Below are positions 25,860 through 42,620 of a stretch of DNA of 64,000 nucleotides, one piece after another. Positions within the stretch are counted from its first letter, which is position 1. Every line of letters begins with the position of its first letter. This DNA is from Chrysomallon squamiferum (taxonomy: Eukaryota > Animalia > Mollusca), in the NCBI GenBank assembly GCA_012295275.1, contig CM022666.1, forward strand, positions 11,904,001 through 11,968,000, written 5' to 3'. Below the pieces are notes generated by a model that had not been told where the DNA came from, ran no database searches, and saw only the letters and a program-made list of their open reading frames with translations. The translations under genes were made by a program, and so were the position numbers.

Positions 25860-27136
25860 ATGTGCGTTTCGGTTACTTTTATATATCATTTGAAAGATAG
25901 TTTGTTTCCAATGATTTTGAACCCAAAATTAAATTTATAAATGATACAGAGACAGGTTCAACTTGGAAACTGACAAAGGACAAAAGAAAACATTTATCAG
26001 TGTGTTGACGATGAACAAAAATCACTGAGCACTGTTGTAACTAAATACACTCTAAGATCCAGTAGAAAACGAACCTGTTGATAAAAACTAAATAAAATAT
26101 TTAAAAAAAGAAAGAAAAGATATAAAATCATCTTTGATTCTTCATTGTTCAGATTCTTTCATAGATAAAACACAGAGTATAACATTTTTCTTTTACGAAA
26201 TCATTTACACAACACACACACAATATGTTAGCTAACAACTTTATCTGAAACAATTTTTGAAACAGATGCCAAATATCTTTAAATAATCATTTAACATTTA
26301 CTGTTTTCGTCTGGATTCGTTTTAGACTCCTATAAAATGAATCTGTTGAATATTTCCACGTAAAACACGATTGAAAACGAGTTTCTGGCTGATGACGCTG
26401 ACACGGCGACTTCGTGATGGATGGAAAGGTCAGGTCGAGATGGAGCAGAGCACGCTGTAACAAACGAGTCGCTGTAATTGAATAACTGGTCTTGAAGCGA
26501 GGACGGGACGCAGGGTGATTTTTATGTGCACAGAACGAGGCAGTCACGTTTAATTCGCCTGCTGGCGCCCGCTGGGACACCCAGCCACAGCAGTCAAACC
26601 ACTAGCGTACTTCAGTCAGTCCACACACCGTGCAAGACGTGGGTCACATTGCACAGAGTGAAAGAAACAAAAGAAATTAAGAGAACTCGGCTAGCGATGT
26701 TAATGTACAGGTTATTTAACTGACTGTCTTATTTCACTTACAAATTATTTTATTAATGGTGACCGACTTCTAAAAATAAAATTTAAATACTGTCGCATTG
26801 TTTATTTTATTTATTTATTTATTACAAATATTCTTATTTTTAGTCATTATATACACCGACTTTGTTTTATTTATTTATTTATGTATTACCAAACTTATAA
26901 AACAAAAATGATATCAGACATTACATATTCCTGTGAAAATTCGTGTGACTACGACTAATAGTTGTAATTAAATTAGTTTGCTTAACGGACAGATTTAATG
27001 AGCAGTTATCTATTGATTCGTTCGTGTCTCCGTCTTCCGTTCTTGGCAGCCATTCAAGAATGCGTTGCGAGAAATTCTCATTTATATATGTGTTGTTGTA
27101 ATTAAAGTCCCAGAGTGAGGCTCCAGTCATGTTTTG

Positions 27137-27366
<230 letters not shown>

Positions 27367-28269
27367 CACACATACACAATGTCACATGTATTTACTTTTA
27401 ATTTATTTCCGTAAAGAAAAACGAGTAGAGAAATAGAAAACAAGATTCAACAATAAATGATCACACGTGAATGTAAACAAACTGTAAGACTAACGGAATA
27501 CTGAGTATTATTGATCTTAATGTAATTTATCTCCGTGAAAACTACCAGTACCTGAGAGCAGCAGTAAAAAACAAAAAAACAATCTGATAGCAATGGAAAA
27601 TCCATCATTTGACATTAATTACTAGACACGTTATAGACTGTGAATTAACACAAACAAGAAATCAGGGTCGCCTTTTGGTGCAAAACTGAAACGTTTGAGA
27701 CATCTTGCCTAATGTCTGCTGCAGTTAATCTATTTCATAAAAAGTCTCTTTCTAACAGTAACACCGAAACAGTTTTCAGTATAAGCAGTAACATGAATAC
27801 TGTGTGACGTCAGCGATGCTAGCACTAGTGATCATTACAGTTACTTTTTTCAGTACTTCACCTTCAATCACTGTTTTTACTAGTACTGGTTGAATTATTA
27901 CTACAATCATTAGTATTACTAGTTAAATACAGTTCGTAGGATTATTATTAATAATGGTACTACTTTTACTACTGTTATTATAATAATTAGTTTTAATAAT
28001 AACTTACTATTTCTATTAGTACAGACACTAGATTTACTATCGTTAAAGCTGTATTAAATACTCGACAGTTTTCAGAAAGATACAACTCTATGGTATTGCT
28101 GTCTGTGATAGTAGCAAATTAATTTTTTTATTTACCTAGGACAGTCTAAATATTTATTTATTTCTGTCCCTGCACATCTAATCCAAATATTGCATTTTTA
28201 ACAAATTGAAACAAAACATATCAAAATAATACATACAGGAGCATATAATGTAATTATTAAAACAAAATA

Positions 28270-28495
28270 ATATGTAACAGTATTATTTAAGTAGAATAAC
28301 ATGTAACAGTATTATTTAAATAGAATAACATGTAAAAGTATTATTTAAATAGAATAACATGTAAAAGTATTATTTAAATAGAATAACATGTAAAAGTATT
28401 ATTTAAACAGAATAACATGTAACAGTATTATTTAAATCGAATAACATGTAACAGTATTATTTAAATAGAATAACATGTAACAGTATTATTTAATA
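28270..28495. repeat. 29-bp minisatellite, ~8 copies
   Basis: Unit is tagaataacatgtaacagtattatttaaa, with period 29 (28321 to 28350). Confidence 0.9.
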
Positions 28496-29579
28496 AGCAA
28501 CATAGCTCTATAAATAGAATAAAACGTAAACGTTATTTAAACGGAACTGTATCTATTTTTAGACTGTATTATTTTAAACAGAACAAAAATGTAACAGTTT
28601 TATTTAAACAATAATAGAACAAAACAGACCTATTATTTTTCTTTGAACTGAATAAAAATCTTTCATTATTTATTTAAATAGAATAACATGTAAAATATGT
28701 ATTATTTAATAAGCAACATAGCTCTATAAATAGAATAAAACGTAAACGTTATTTAAACGGAACTGTATCTATTTTTAGACTGTGTACCTCAGTTTGCATC
28801 TATTATAGGTCCTTAACAAAAAAAGCAGTTCTTTGTACTTAGACAATAATAGAACAAACCTCGTTTTACAAACATAGACCTACGTAGATGTTTTCTTTGA
28901 ACTGGAGAAAAATTTTCTTTCAAATATTTAAATCATTTCTAAATTCACACGAAGCAGAGTTAATTGTAAAATAATGTTTATATATTAAAATATATAAAAA
29001 ATAATATGTTGATTGTCTTTTTTCAAGACGCCAAATATATATATAAAAATAAATGGAGATAACAAAGAAAGGACGTTCATTAATTACTGCAAACAAACGC
29101 ACTCCGAAGATACTGAAAATAGTGCTCTTGTTAATGATTAGTGCAACGTCAGGGATGAATGTACCATTTTCAGCTGCTATTCACATGGTAATGTGCGACT
29201 ACTGCCCAATACTTATTTTTTTTACACAAAATATATCATATAATCAGCAGAATAAATTGTGCATGCTGGATTCATTGTGAATTTGTCTGTGCTCGTTTTA
29301 GATGTTAAAATATATAATGTATTTTCATTTCTAAATAATATTTCTAAATTCAGTGGGAAGGTGAATTTTAATTGTAAAATAATGTTTATATATTAACTGA
29401 ATTACAATTTATTTATTTGCAAAAAAAAAATAATAATTCATAAAATTGTTGTTGGGGGTTTTGTTTGACTTTTTAAATAAAAAACTGATAAAAACTGGAG
29501 ATAACAAAGTAAATTATAGTTACTGGATAAATATTTTTCTGCATGAAAGTGAAAGACAGCTTCCTCATTTTAGAACAAA

Positions 29580-31570
29580 CGATGTTCACTCTTTTTCTGC
29601 ACTGTACACATGAAGAATGGTACTAATTTTTAAAAATCTAAACATGTTCAGAAAATTTTTTTCTGCACTTCAAATACAAATAAAATCTAAACATTTCAGC
29701 AAAACTTTTCGACAACGATACAAGGAGATAAAAGTGTGGTGTTTATTTTTTAAAAATCTAAACGGATGTTATAAAATTTTTTCTGCACTGTACACGAGTG
29801 AGATCAAAGTGCTGGTGTTTGACTTTTTAAAAAATCTAAACTGATGTTCAGTAAAACTTTTTCTGCAAAAAAGTGCTGGTGTTTGACTTTTTAAAAATAA
29901 ACTGATGTTCAACAAAACTTTTTTTCTGCACTGTACACGAGTGAGAGATCAAAGTGCTGGTGTTTGACTTTTTAAAAAATCTAAACTGATGTTCAGTAAA
30001 ACTTTTTTTCTGCACTGTACACGAGTTAGAGATCAAAGTGCTGGTGTTTGACTTTTTAAAAAATCTAAACTGATGTTCAGTAAAACTTTTTTTCTGCACT
30101 GTACACGAGTGAGAGATCAAAGTGCTGGTGTTTGACTTTTTAAAAAATCTAAACTGATGTTCAGTAAAACTTTTTTTCTGCACTGTACACGAGTGAGAGA
30201 TCAAAGTGCTGGTGTTTGACTTTTTAAAAAATCTAAACTGATGTTCAGTAAAACTTTTTTTCTGCACTGTACACGAGTGAGAGATCAAAGTGCTGGTGTT
30301 TGACTTTTTTCTAAACTGATTTCATTTTTTTTCTGCACTTACACGAGTTAAAGTGCTGGTGTTTGACTTTTTAAAAATCTAAACTGATGTTCAGTAAAAC
30401 TTTTTTTTCTGCACTGTACACGAGTGAGAGATCAAAGTGCTGGTGTTTGACTTTTTAAAAAATATAAACTGATGTTCAGTAAAACTTTTTTTCTGCACTG
30501 TACACGAGTGAGAGATCAAAGTGCTGGTGTTTGACTTTTTAAAAAATCTAAACTGATGTTCAGTAAAACTTTTTTTGACTTTTAAACTGTTTGTACACGG
30601 ATCGTCAAAGTGCTGGTGTTTGACTTTTTAAAAAATCTAAACTGATGTTCAGTAAAACTTTTTTTCTGCACTGTACACGAGTGAGAGATCAAAGTGCTGG
30701 TGTTTGACTTTTTAAAAAATCTAAACTGATGTTCAGTTTTTTTTTTGCACTGTTTGCTGGTGTTTGACTTTTTAAAAAATCTAAACTGATGTTCAGTAAA
30801 ACTTTTTTTTTTTCTTTGTTGGTGTTTGTTTTAAAAATCTTGATGTTCAGTAAAACTTTTTCTGCACTTACACGAGTGAGAGATCAAAGTGCTGGTGTTT
30901 GACTTTTTAAAAAATCTAAACTGATGTTCAGTAAAACTTTTTTTCTGCACTGTACACGAGTGAGAGATCAAAGTGCTGGTGTTTGACTTTTTAAAAAATC
31001 TAAACTGATGTTCAGTAAAACTTTTTTTCTGCACTGTACACGAGTGAGAGATCAAAGTGCTGGTGTTTGACTTTTTAAAAAATCTAAACTGATGTTCAGT
31101 AAAACTTTTTTTCTGCACTGTACACGAGTGAGAGATCAAAGTGCTGGTGTTTGACTTTTTAAAAAATCTAAACTGATGTTCAGTAAAACTTTTTTTCTGC
31201 ACTGTACACGAGTGAGAGATCAAAGTGCTGGTGTTTGACTTTTTAAAAAATCTAAACTGATGTTCAGTAAAACTTTTTCTGCACTGTACACGAGTGAGAG
31301 ATCAAAGTGCTGGTGTTTGACTTTTTAAAAATCTAAACTGATGTTCAGTAAAACTTTTTTCTGCACTGTACACGAGTGAGAGATCAAAGTGCTGGTGTTT
31401 GACTTTTTAAAAAATCTAAACTGATGTTCAGTAAAACTTTTTTTCTGCACTGTACACGAGTGAGAGATCAAAGTGCTGGTGTTTGACTTTTTAAAAAATC
31501 TAAACTGATGTTCAGTAAAACTTTTTTTCTGCACTGTACACGAGTGAGAGATCAAAGTGCTGGTGTTTAA
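29580..31570. repeat. 87-bp tandem satellite, ~22 copies, degraded at its left end
   Basis: Unit is gagtgagagatcaaagtgctggtgtttgactttttaaaaaatctaaactgatgttcagtaaaacttttttttctgcactgtacac (homopolymer lengths vary). It gives the 29-aa periodic minus-strand ORFs. Confidence 0.95.
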
Positions 31571-31739
31571 AAATCTCTTGCTGTGAATCGATACGAATCA
31601 CTCTGGAATGGCGTCAGCAGGTTTTCTCTCTAAAAACGTTTACATCATGTTTTTATTGCATTGCTTCTCTTTCATACTGTGAAGTACATGGCGTGCGAAA
31701 ATAGCTTAATTCAGTTATAGTCTTTCACCAATTATAGTA

Positions 31740-31892
31740 ATGCTAAAAACAGACAGATAAACACAGAGACACAGACAAACAGATGCACATACATATATAA
31801 TTTTACACACACACGCACATACATACACACACACACACACACATACATACATACATACATACATACATACATACATACATACATACACACAT

Positions 31893-31929
<37 letters not shown>

Positions 31930-32045
31930 CATATGTACACACACCCACACATATACATACATACATACACACACCCACACCCACACATACGTATATGTAT
32001 ATACATACACAAATACATACAGACGGACACAGATACAGACAATCT
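31740..32045. repeat. CA/CATA microsatellite tract
   Basis: (CATA)n and (CA)n directly visible. Confidence 0.9.
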
Positions 32046-35000
32046 CGACACAAGCATTCAAACATATTTAATTATATTTATCTGACACGTAGAATAAATA
32101 AGTTTAGTTGTATTACAAGCAGTGTAATGTGTGGTAGTTGTCTTTGTCACATTCGTCACGAGCTGCACACCTGTTACCGGGTTCAGTCTGCGCGCTGTAG
32201 TAACACGTGCTAGTTTTATCTCGTATTGTTCTTACCGTTGCCATTGTTACCATTATTTATTACATCAGTATAAACAGTCCACTATAAACATCAGACTAAA
32301 CAGAATTTTTAAATCTCTGAAGCAGTGGAAAAAATAATATAATATAATATAATATAAATATGATATGATATAATATACTATAATATAATTTAACATAACA
32401 AAATACAGCATAACATAAGCTAATATAATATGTATTTTTAAAGAACTATCGGACAGGATGTAATGTGATATGTAGCAGACTGGTGTGACAGTTTGTACTT
32501 AGTCATCAGTACTGAATACATACTAAAATACATTTGTTCAAACAAACGTCGTGTCTGTAGACAAATATATAGCATGATACATTTATCTGTGGTGTTATTT
32601 GTTAATTTATTTTTTACATAGATGATTTAGTTACGTATTCAAAAGTAAAAATTCGTAACAGTCTGTTTCCTTTGGGTCTTTTGATCTTGATAGTCTGGCT
32701 GTTTTTGGTGTTTTAAAGTGTCTACTGTTACTGTTCAGACGAACTCTAGAAAAGTCTCTAATAATAATAAAGTGTGATAGCCCAGAATGTTGATTTCTTA
32801 GTAAGATGAATTCTTTCTTTCATGTTTTTTTTTTACGAACAGTTTCATCTTACCTGATAAATTAAACTACAATTGTTGTTTATAAAATACTTGTGTATAC
32901 TGTTTAAAAAATACTTACTTGTGTATATTGTTATTATATGTTTACATTACATTTATTTGAGTAATTTTTCCACTTTAGCCATTTATGCACTGATATGTCT
33001 GCCAGTGTAGTTTCTGTGTGTAATTACCAGTACATTTAATGTCATGGGTTGTTATAGTTTTGTCCATTAAATTTCTGGTTTATGGCTGGTATTGTTATAG
33101 TAGTAGTTGTTGTTGTTATTATTAATGTTGTATTTTGTGTGTAATGCAATATTGTTTGAGAGTTAAATGTATATAAATAAAATGTTGCCTTGAAATAAGA
33201 ACATTATTGTTATATTATTTTGTGACATTTGGTTAATTAAAAAGAAATGGCGTTGTATCAGTTTCATGTCAGTGAGTCATATTGATATGAAATGTGTATA
33301 ATTATAATATAAAATAATATTTCTACATTAAATATCATAATTTTAATATTTCAGAAATATCCTTCCTAAAAATTTCATCAGTGTTTGTTAATGAATTTTC
33401 ATTAAAAATACAAATAACAGAATGCTAAATGAAAGTGGGTTCTTGGATAAACATTGTACATTATATACGCAAGATGCTGAAAATCAAGTGCATTAACGAA
33501 CTTGAATCATTGCAGGAGAATCTGATAGTGAAAAACGAGAATGAACAAACATCACGTACACTTGATGTTAACCAAAACGGATCGAAATTGTATTTCCCAC
33601 AAGCAAAATGCGGTCGTCTGCTACCAAGTCATTTTGTTCGAGTTTTCTTTCTGAAGAAATCAATACAAACTTTATGGTGAAGCGTATAAATAGAACACAC
33701 ACAAAAAATTAGTTTTTAAAAAAAAATATCTCTGTACATACCTAAGACGATTTTAGTTCCTCCAATAAATATGAAAAACGCCAATAAATTTCCATTCATT
33801 TTTCTCCTCAAAAGGCTATCAAGTCGCCATGTTGCATAACTGGATAATCGACTGCAAAATATAGCATCAAACTGTTTATATCTCTGTTGTCATCAGAACG
33901 TCTGCTGTGATACGAATTCAACATTTCTGTGCCAGTTAGCATCGAGTGTTTCAAAGCAAACTGTCGTCTGCTATGGTGTTTTCAAAACGACTTTACGATC
34001 GTTCCACATGTCGTGTTTTTCTGCGTGCTTTCATCAGCATATGGACCAAACACTGTCGTGCGTGTTGTAGCAAATCGAAATTCGAGCGTCGATGAAGCAG
34101 CCAGAACCGATGGTCGATTTTTATTCTGGCGCTACTGGTGCAGGCTGGCCGGCTTTTCACTGCGCGTATAGATCGAGCTACGAAAGCAGATTAGATTCTT
34201 GTTGTAAACTTCAGTCAGAATTTTCTTCATTTTTTCTTTCTTTAAAAAACCCCCAACAAAAACAAACGAAAAAGAGAGAGAGAGAGAAAAAAAAAGAGGA
34301 TTACTAGCATTATTTTAATTCTGACCTACTTTCTCTATAAAAATATCATTATATCGATAATCATCCATCTATGTCTTTGTCTTTCGTCTTTGTGGTGACT
34401 TTGAAATACGTACGCACACACACACATATATACATTCACATATGTTTAGGTTACATAATGAAGAATTTCATATACATTTATATAGGTCATTATGGAAAAC
34501 TTGTTGTACATTAAATACAAATGTCATTTTGAAAACGTTCATATCATTTTTTATTTAAAAAAGTACATAGACATTTAAATAGATGGCTTAGGGAAACTAA
34601 ATATACATTGTCTTAGGTCATCATGCTATGAGAGCCGATGTACGTACACGTACGTCCATTTAAACAGACAGCTATCTCACAGAATACGTACAAATCAGTA
34701 AAACTGTTTTTATTGTATAGCTGGGTTTTCTACCCATTTTACTGATCTATCTCTACGTCTATGTTGTATGTTTATTTTTCAAGTTTCTAAGTTAAATAAA
34801 AAATAACCTACTTAACTTTCGTATATCAAATACTTTCAATAACTAGTCTCAGTTTCAGTCGCATGACATTAGTACATTGATACGTGCTTTCTATTTGTAG
34901 TTGGTAAAGACCTTTCAGTCCACTTTTCAAACAGAAATTGCTAGAAACATTTTAACAGCTTGTCACGATAAAAGAAAATATATTTGTAAATGGAGAGTTT

Positions 35001-36759
35001 TGTGTTACTGAAATCTTCGACACTCACTCTGTAGTAGTAATGAGTTGGTTTAGACTCCTGTGTCATTCATTACGACGGTCATTTATTCTGGAAGTAATTT
35101 TCTATTTCTCTTTATTCATAGCGTATATTTGTAATAATATGAGTATTATACCCCACAATACTCATTAGTTTTTATTAACTGACATAAGGATTTCATCAAA
35201 TTGCCCTTATTTTATTTGATTTTTTTAATTAACTATTTTATTTATTTATTTATTAATTAATGTATTTTTTATTTTATTTATTTAATGCTATGTTTTCTGT
35301 TACTGAATTGCCACTTCTGACGATACTAAATCTTGAAACTGTTGTGTGTAAATAATATAAATAATAACATCTTCCACTTTAGTTAAAACTGTCATAGTAT
35401 GTTCTTCTTCATGTTTCGAGTATTGAGATTTATGACTGTGTCTGGCTGTGTCTGAGGATACACAGTCCAGCCGGCCCCTCCCTCCTCGTGTTTGAATAAG
35501 AATGACACAGTTTACTTGGATCAATAACAGCACACTGTAACACGAGCTTCCCAGAGAAAGGCTAAATATTGATTAACATCAGACTGTTCACTTCACCAGT
35601 CTGCCTGGACAGTCACCTGCTGACCACTTCTGACCAACGTCACTCACAAGTAACAACTGTTTCACAAAGAACTGCCATCTTACTTTATTATTAGACATTT
35701 AGAAACAACAACAATAATAAATAAATAAATATATATATATAATATAAACTTTTTGATTATGTTAATAGTTATAATAGTTTCGTGTTAAGAATCACTCCAT
35801 ATACTTTATTTATTTTTTATTTTTTTTATTTGACTCAAACTACTTAATTGTAGTATTGAAGCAAATAGTTTTTTCTGAAAACAATCTGTCAAAATAAACA
35901 GATGATGTTATTCATTTATATAACAAAGCTGGATATAACTCAGGGACAAAGTTTTTGTGACTATTTAATTTCGTCATCATTAATTTATAAACAAAATAAA
36001 TATTCCATGTTTAAAAGTGTATTTATTTGCATTTGGTCTGTGTAACTGCATGTTTTTGTTTTGTTTTTCTCTCAAGTTCTAAAACCTTATAAACAAACAA
36101 CGGTGGAACAGTTCATTAAATAAATTCGCTCCTTAAATTCTACGATAAATGTTTGTTAAATAAACCCAGTGTCCAGCTATTCAAAGACGTTTGTGTCTAC
36201 AGGTATCAGCGATGATTACACATTCACTCGTTGATCTGAACCTCACGGGCTGACATGTGCACCACTGATAACATTAGCTTAAGCTGATATCATTTCGCAA
36301 CTAATCCGACAACATAAGTTGATAGAGAGCAAATCGTCTACTCGCAGCGCCTGCTTAATCGATAGCTGTTCACCCGATAGGCTGCAACAACATTGTTCTA
36401 GCCTGACCTTTGTTCGCAAGCACAAATATTTTCATTAACACAATAGATGTTTGTCTTCTTCTCGTGTTCGTTATTATTTTTATTTTATTTTATCTTAGCA
36501 TTTCCTCAACTTTGTAACGCGTAAAATATTCACTGCAGATTAAAATATATATAGCTGTCACAAATATGGGTGCATTTGCATGTATGGTGTATATATGTAT
36601 GCATGAGTATGTTTGTATGTGTCTATGTGTGCATATATTTGCATTTTTTGTGTGGGAGTGCGGGCATTCCCTATCTAAGGGATGCTATGTTTAGCTTCTT
36701 TGAAACATATATATTATGTGCATGATGTCTTAATTTGTATACATTGTCAACCAAACAGT

Positions 36760-37560
36760 TACGTTTTATTTAAGTAAAGATTTGGTACGTCATTGTGCTT
36801 TGTTAATGAAAGAAAAGGTTTAGAATGTTACTGTGTTTTCTTAATGAAAGTGAAGTTTTTGGTATGTCATTCTGTTTTGTTAATTTAAGTAAAGGTTTAG
36901 CACATCATTCAGTTTGTTTAATTAAAATAAAGATTTAGTACGTCACCGTTTTGTTAATTTAAGTAAAGGGTTTTATTACGTCACTGTTTTGTTAATTTAA
37001 GTAAAGATTTAGTACGTCATTGTTTTGTTAATTTAAGTAAAGATTTAGTACGTCATTGTTTTGTTAATTTAAGTAAAGATTTAGTACGTCATTGTTTTGT
37101 TAATTTAAACAAAGATTTAGTACGTCACTGTTTTGTTAATTTAAGTAAAGATTTAGTACGTCACTGTTTTGTTAATTTAAACAAAGATTTAGTACGTCAC
37201 TGTTTTGTTAATTTAAACAAAGATTTAGTACGTCACTGTTTTGTTAATTTAAGTAAAGATTTAGTAGTTGTTTTGTTAATTTAAGTAAAGGGTTTTATTA
37301 CTTCAATGTTTTGTTAATTTAAGTAAAGATTTAGTAGTTGTTTTGTTAATTTAAGTAAAGGGTTAGTACGTCATTATGTTAATTTTAAGTAAAGAAAGGT
37401 AGGGTTAGTACGTCATTATGTTAATTTTAAGTAAAGATTTAGTACGTCACTGTGTTTTGTTAATTTAAGTAAAGATTTAGTAGTTGTTTTGGTAATTTAA
37501 GTAAAGATGGAGTACGTTGTTTTGGTAATTTAAGTAAAGGGTTAGTACGTCATTATGTTA
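36760..37560. repeat. 36-bp minisatellite, ~21 copies
   Basis: Unit is agtacgtcactgttttgttaatttaagtaaagattt, with period 36 (37011 to 37047). It diverges towards both ends. Confidence 0.92.
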
Positions 37561-37945
37561 AATATCTGTCATTTTAGTAAAATAATGAACGAGATGACGT
37601 GATCCGACCACTTACCAGTAGAACACGTTTGTGGTCAAACAGAAGAAATCAATAGTTTGAATTTCTCAGTTAGTTGTTTCAGCCAGCGCCATGTCTCCGA
37701 ACTCCACGACAGGCGTACTTAAACATGTGTCTAATGAAAGCATATTTATATTTTCAATCTGTTTTTTGTAGCTCTGTCACTGTTATAATTTTAAGAAAAG
37801 ATGTTTATTTTGTTTAATATATTGACTGGTTTTCAACCACTGGTGACGTCGAATATTTTCTTGTGGTTAATTTATGTATTAACTGCTGCTGCTGTTGTTA
37901 TTGTTGTTGTTCTTCTTCTTCGGATTATTATTATTATTATTATTA

Positions 37946-37982
<37 letters not shown>

Positions 37983-38468
37983 CGTTGTTGTTGTTGTTTG
38001 TGGGACCAGGAAATAGAATTGTGTGACAACCCCTCTTAGTGTTATTATTATTTTTCACTGGTTTCACTGTTATTGTTGATGTAAAACACACATAAAATGT
38101 GTAGTGGATGGAAGAAAAATTATTCATTCAGGGATTTTTTGTTTTGATATAGGCTAGGCTAAGAGCCATGTATGCGTTTTTGTCTTAGTAAATACAAAAC
38201 GTTCTTGTTACTTATAATTTAGAAAATAACAATTTTTATAATTACTTTTTATGCAAAAAATTAAATAAATAAAAATTAAATAAATAAATAAGTAAATAAG
38301 TAAATAAATAAACAACAACGACAAAAAAAAATATATATATAAATATAAAATTAAACAAACAATAACAAAAACAAAACAATGTATAGTTTAGCGATGAAGA
38401 AGTAAATTCAGCAAGAGAAATAACTTTAATAAAAATATTTAGTGTTGGCGAACTTATCTCCCCTGCCG

Positions 38469-38511
<43 letters not shown>

Positions 38512-38904
38512 TATTATTATTATTATTTCTTAAAAATTTTAACATACATATATATATATGAATATCATCTTTCACTCTACTTTTTTTATTATCTTTTTTT
38601 TTTTTTCAGCAAGTGTAAACAATTATAGAGACACAATTTTAATTTAAAAAAAATTAACATTGAAAGCAGAAACTATAAATGGATTACATATATATAATAA
38701 TAATAATATATATTATAATATATATCAGTATATATTTCTATGTATCAGTTTGTATGTATAATAATAAATGTTACTAAGGAATGTATTGAAGTATGATTCA
38801 AAGATTTTTTTCAAATTTTTCTGACATTAAATATTTTTTGCTTATTTTTTTATAAAGAAACGAAGACAGTTTGAAGAGAAAGTAACACATCCTCACACAC
38901 AAAC

Positions 38905-38939
<35 letters not shown>

Positions 38940-38951
38940 GTATATATGTAT

Positions 38952-40330
<1,379 letters not shown>

Positions 40331-41800
40331 AAAAACATGACGATGTCTTTCTAACAGGACATAAAGTTGATGACTGGTACTCATAGAAATAACAATAATC
40401 CAGCTTATCTTAACCCGGTATACTGTCACTTTCAACATCTACTTAAACTAGGAAATATCGTTCTAGATACAAACAAAGGTAAGATCACCTTACTCTGCGG
40501 TTTGGCGTTAATAGTCCACTGATCTGTTCGTTGTCTGGGGGGTTTTCTCAGCAGTGTCTGAACCAGTAGAACAGGTTTGTGGATGAGTTTTTGTGTTGAC
40601 AGTTTGTGTTTGTGCTTGATCGGTTCTCTAGACTTTCACGTGTTTCAGCTTTCACCCACTGCACCAGGCAGCAGTGCCCTGGTACGTGTGCGTGTATTTG
40701 TGTATGTGTGTGCGTGCATGTGCATGTACTTACGCATCTATGCACACATGTATGTATATATGTATCTAACTATGTACACTGTATGCGGAATCTGCACACT
40801 ATATCAGTGGTGAATGACTTGCAATGTGTACATAATAAAGCAGGTAAAAACTTCAGAAGTGACATACACGGTTGTATTTTACTGATGAATTAGAATGAAC
40901 CTGAATTTTCAAGATTTTTAAATTAAATTTTTTTATCTTCGATTTATTTGATGAAAAATGTTGCTAAATATTCTTTAGAATAATGAACATAAATGAAATT
41001 GTTGTTGAAAAATACAGAACAAAACCATTTCATCCTCTTCTGGTATCTGAGTGGCGATTATTTGTTCAGCTATTTTTAAACCAAAGTTGTAATATAATGT
41101 AAAATGTTTGGGAAATGTTTTTATAGATCAGTGTGATTTTACTTATGTATAAACCACTATATTTACGTTGTCAGCTTATTTTAACTATCAATATAGGAGC
41201 AACAGTACAGTCTTGAACCCAGCTGTTTTGGCGGGAATGCTGTTGACGAATTGTACGTGACGTCTGCTAAAACCGACACCACGAAGATTCGTCATTAGCA
41301 GGTCTCTGTTCAAGGTCATCGCAGCTAAAGGTCGTGAACCAAATTACATTTTTCTGTATATACCACAACGCTGTAAATATTTATTATATAGTTAGAAGTG
41401 ATATCTGCTTTCTTTATGCATGTTAAACTGCAGTAATAATGGACATTTTCACATAGTTTATTTATTAGGTAACTACGCAGATAGAGATTATAGGAACATG
41501 TTTATTTCTTTTAGAGAATTAGTTTTATTTTTATTTTGGGATATTAAGTAGACAGATTATCAGTCAGATTCATCCTTTAGTCTGAAGAAAACTAACTTAC
41601 AATAAAATCAATTTAAAAAGGTTTAATTTTTTATACCAGATCTAATGTTTTGACTTTTTGAAACAAAATATATCTTATTATTTTTTCTTGCAAACTGTTA
41701 TCCAACAACATAGAAATATGAACAGTCAATAATTGCACTTTAAGGTCCATTTAAATTTGTACTGCGGATACAAGAACATAACGATATTTACATAAACTAA

Positions 41801-41857
<57 letters not shown>

Positions 41858-42344
41858 TTAATGTAAACAATAAATATATTTACAAAGACCGATTAAAAAT
41901 ACTGTTCTTTTCTATTTACACAAATAAATAATTAAAAAGTGTGCATAGGGCTGTGTTATATTTATTTATTATAAAATGTTATGTATCTGTCAAAGTTTAT
42001 AAAATTTTTGTGTTATGGAAAATTATGGAATATTTTTCATAGGTTTTTATTTATTATTTAAGTATTTGCGAATGACACAATATACAAGGGACTCGGTGTT
42101 TTTTTCAGTTGGTTTTATTCCATAGTAAAGTAACAAAATGTACATATATTTACAATGATGTGATATGTTATTTAATGAAGTAGCAATTTATAAACAAATT
42201 CTTGAATACGTGTAAAATGAGGTAAAATATTTCTTGCAATACTCAGGTACAAGGTACATATGTACACTTTCAAAACACATGTCTGTCGAAAAGGTGATGT
42301 TAAAATTTCAAAGTTAAAAAAAACAAAACACATGAAATAAAACA

Positions 42345-42620
42345 CGCACATTTTACACACACACGCACATTTTACACACACACGCACATACATACATACA
42401 TACAAATATATACGTACATACATACATACACACACACATACACACATACATATATACGTACATACATACATACATGCATACATATATACATACGTACGTG
42501 CATACATACATATATAAATACTACATCCATCCATCCATCCATCCATCCATCCATACGTACGTACGTGCATACATACACTCATACACACATACATAAATAC
42601 ATACATAACTACATACATAC
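42345..42620. repeat. CATA/CATC microsatellite tract
   Basis: (CATA)n and (CATC)n directly visible. Confidence 0.88.

Noticed and set aside
26287-27130. Short ORFs 26287-26580, 26526-26723 and 26921-27130 as the knottin first exon
   Set aside because: No signal peptide and no suitable phase-1 donor found.
29848-31555. Minus-strand ORFs with a 29-aa repeat (ISHSCTVQKKSFTEHQFRFFKKSNTSTL)
   Set aside because: By-product of an 87-bp satellite. There is no true ATG, homopolymer frameshifts are frequent and there are no splice signals.
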